This document shows, piece by piece, positions 25,314 through 26,355 of a stretch of DNA of 26,355 nt. This DNA is from a virus. Taxonomy: Duplodnaviria > Caudoviricetes. The notes below the pieces were generated by a model. It did no database searches and was not told where the DNA came from. It saw only the letters and a program-made list of their open reading frames with translations. The stretch spans positions 1-26,355 of IMG/VR virus record IMGVR_UViG_3300032288_001874; one strand, written 5' to 3'. The position numbers and the translations under genes are program-made. The stretch's first letter is position 1; every line of letters starts with the position of its first letter.

Positions 25314-26355
25314 GTGATTGTTGCCCTGACCATGTTGAGTTGCCTGCGACCGCATCGGAAGATTGCGGTTGTGTCAACATCGTTGAAGTTTGCGATGAAC
25401 AACCGACTGTTCTCGTAGAGGTCGAAGATGATTGTCCGATCGTTATTGAGTTTGGAACAGGCGCGCAAGGACCGCAAGGACCGCAAGGAAGCGCAGGCCC
25501 CCAAGGAGCAACCGGCCCTGCTGGTCCGCAAGGCGATCACGGCGCACAAGGATCGCAGGGAGCGGTAGGACCCCAGGGAGCAACCGGCCCACAGGGAAGT
25601 TCCGGCAGTCAGGGTCCAACAGGCCCCCAAGGCGCGACCGGAGCAACAGGCGCACAGGGACCACAAGGGGCTGTCGGAACACAAGGAGACACAGGACCGC
25701 AAGGAAGCCAGGGGCCACAAGGAATCGCTGGCCCACAAGGAGATACGGGACCGCAAGGCGCGCAAGGCCATGTCGGCCCTCAGGGTGCTACCGGCAGTCA
25801 AGGCGCACAGGGCGAAACAGGTAGCCAAGGTCCGCAAGGCGAACCAGGACCGCAAGGCGCGGTCGGCAGCCAAGGACCGCAAGGCGATCCAGGCCCGCAA
25901 GGAGCAACGGGTAGCCAAGGAAGCACAGGCCCACAGGGGCCTCAGGGAAGTCAAGGCGCAACCGGAGCGCAAGGCGATGAGGGGCCACAAGGCGAAGCAG
26001 GACCACAAGGCGAATCAGGACCGCAAGGCAGTCAAGGAGCGACTGGCAGTCAAGGGCCTCAGGGCGCAACCGGATCGACCGGACCGCAAGGCGACACCGG
26101 ACCACAAGGATCACAGGGAAGCGCAGGACCCCAAGGCGCAACAGGACCCCAGGGAGCAACCGGAAGCCAAGGCGATATTGGTCCGCAGGGACCACAAGGA
26201 GCGACCGGAAGTCAGGGAGCGACCGGCGCGCAGGGAAGCGTTGGACCGCAGGGTCCACAGGGAGACACAGGAAGCCAAGGCGCGCAAGGCGCAACCGGAC
26301 CACAAGGCGCACAAGGCGCAACCGGCAGTCAAGGCGATGTCGGTCCGCAAGGACC
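25310..26355 (+). CDS. collagen-like tail fibre/minor tail protein (3' truncated)
   Basis: TTGA overlap; MSDCCPDH...IEFGT, then Gly-X-Y repeats ([12 protein letters not shown]) from 25460 to the window end. Absent from the ORF track because it has no stop in the window. Confidence 0.9.
   Translation, partial: MSDCCPDHVELPATASEDCGCVNIVEVCDEQPTVLVEVEDDCPIVIEFGTGAQGPQGPQGSAGPQGATGPAGPQGDHGAQGSQGAVGPQGATGPQGSSGSQGPTGPQGATGATGAQGPQGAVGTQGDTGPQGSQGPQGIAGPQGDTGPQGAQGHVGPQGATGSQGAQGETGSQGPQGEPGPQGAVGSQGPQGDPGPQGATGSQGSTGPQGPQGSQGATGAQGDEGPQGEAGPQGESGPQGSQGATGSQGPQGATGSTGPQGDTGPQGSQGSAGPQGATGPQGATGSQGDIGPQGPQGATGSQGATGAQGSVGPQGPQGDTGSQGAQGATGPQGAQGATGSQGDVGPQG

Noticed and set aside
25232-26350. Minus-strand ORFs over the collagen gene
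   Set aside because: Antisense reading of Gly-X-Y repeats.

Overview
This window is a segment of a tailed dsDNA phage of an actinobacterial host (two WhiB genes; head/tail module resembling mycobacteriophage cluster B). All credible genes are on the + strand. Order: end of an early/recombination region (HNH fragment, small ORFs, WhiB, SSB, RusA-like resolvase, lytic transglycosylase); a 7-deazaguanine DNA-modification operon (ParB-like, DpdA-like, queC, queD, queE, phosphoribosyltransferase-FolE fusion) running directly into terS/terL; an N4/N6 DNA methyltransferase, a DUF1360-like gene and a second WhiB; a ~600 bp strand-polarised GGACC-repeat array; portal; a MuF protein with a C-terminal ADP-ribosyltransferase; a self-contained cassette of five small genes with its own promoter and terminator, containing a complete type II hammerhead ribozyme (17255-17312); then protease, capsid, tail and neck genes and a long collagen-like fibre gene running off the end. 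The most notable items are the hammerhead cassette, the GGACC array, the PRTase-FolE fusion and the MuF-ART with a coupled micro-ORF. All calls come from reading motifs by eye; no searches were run.
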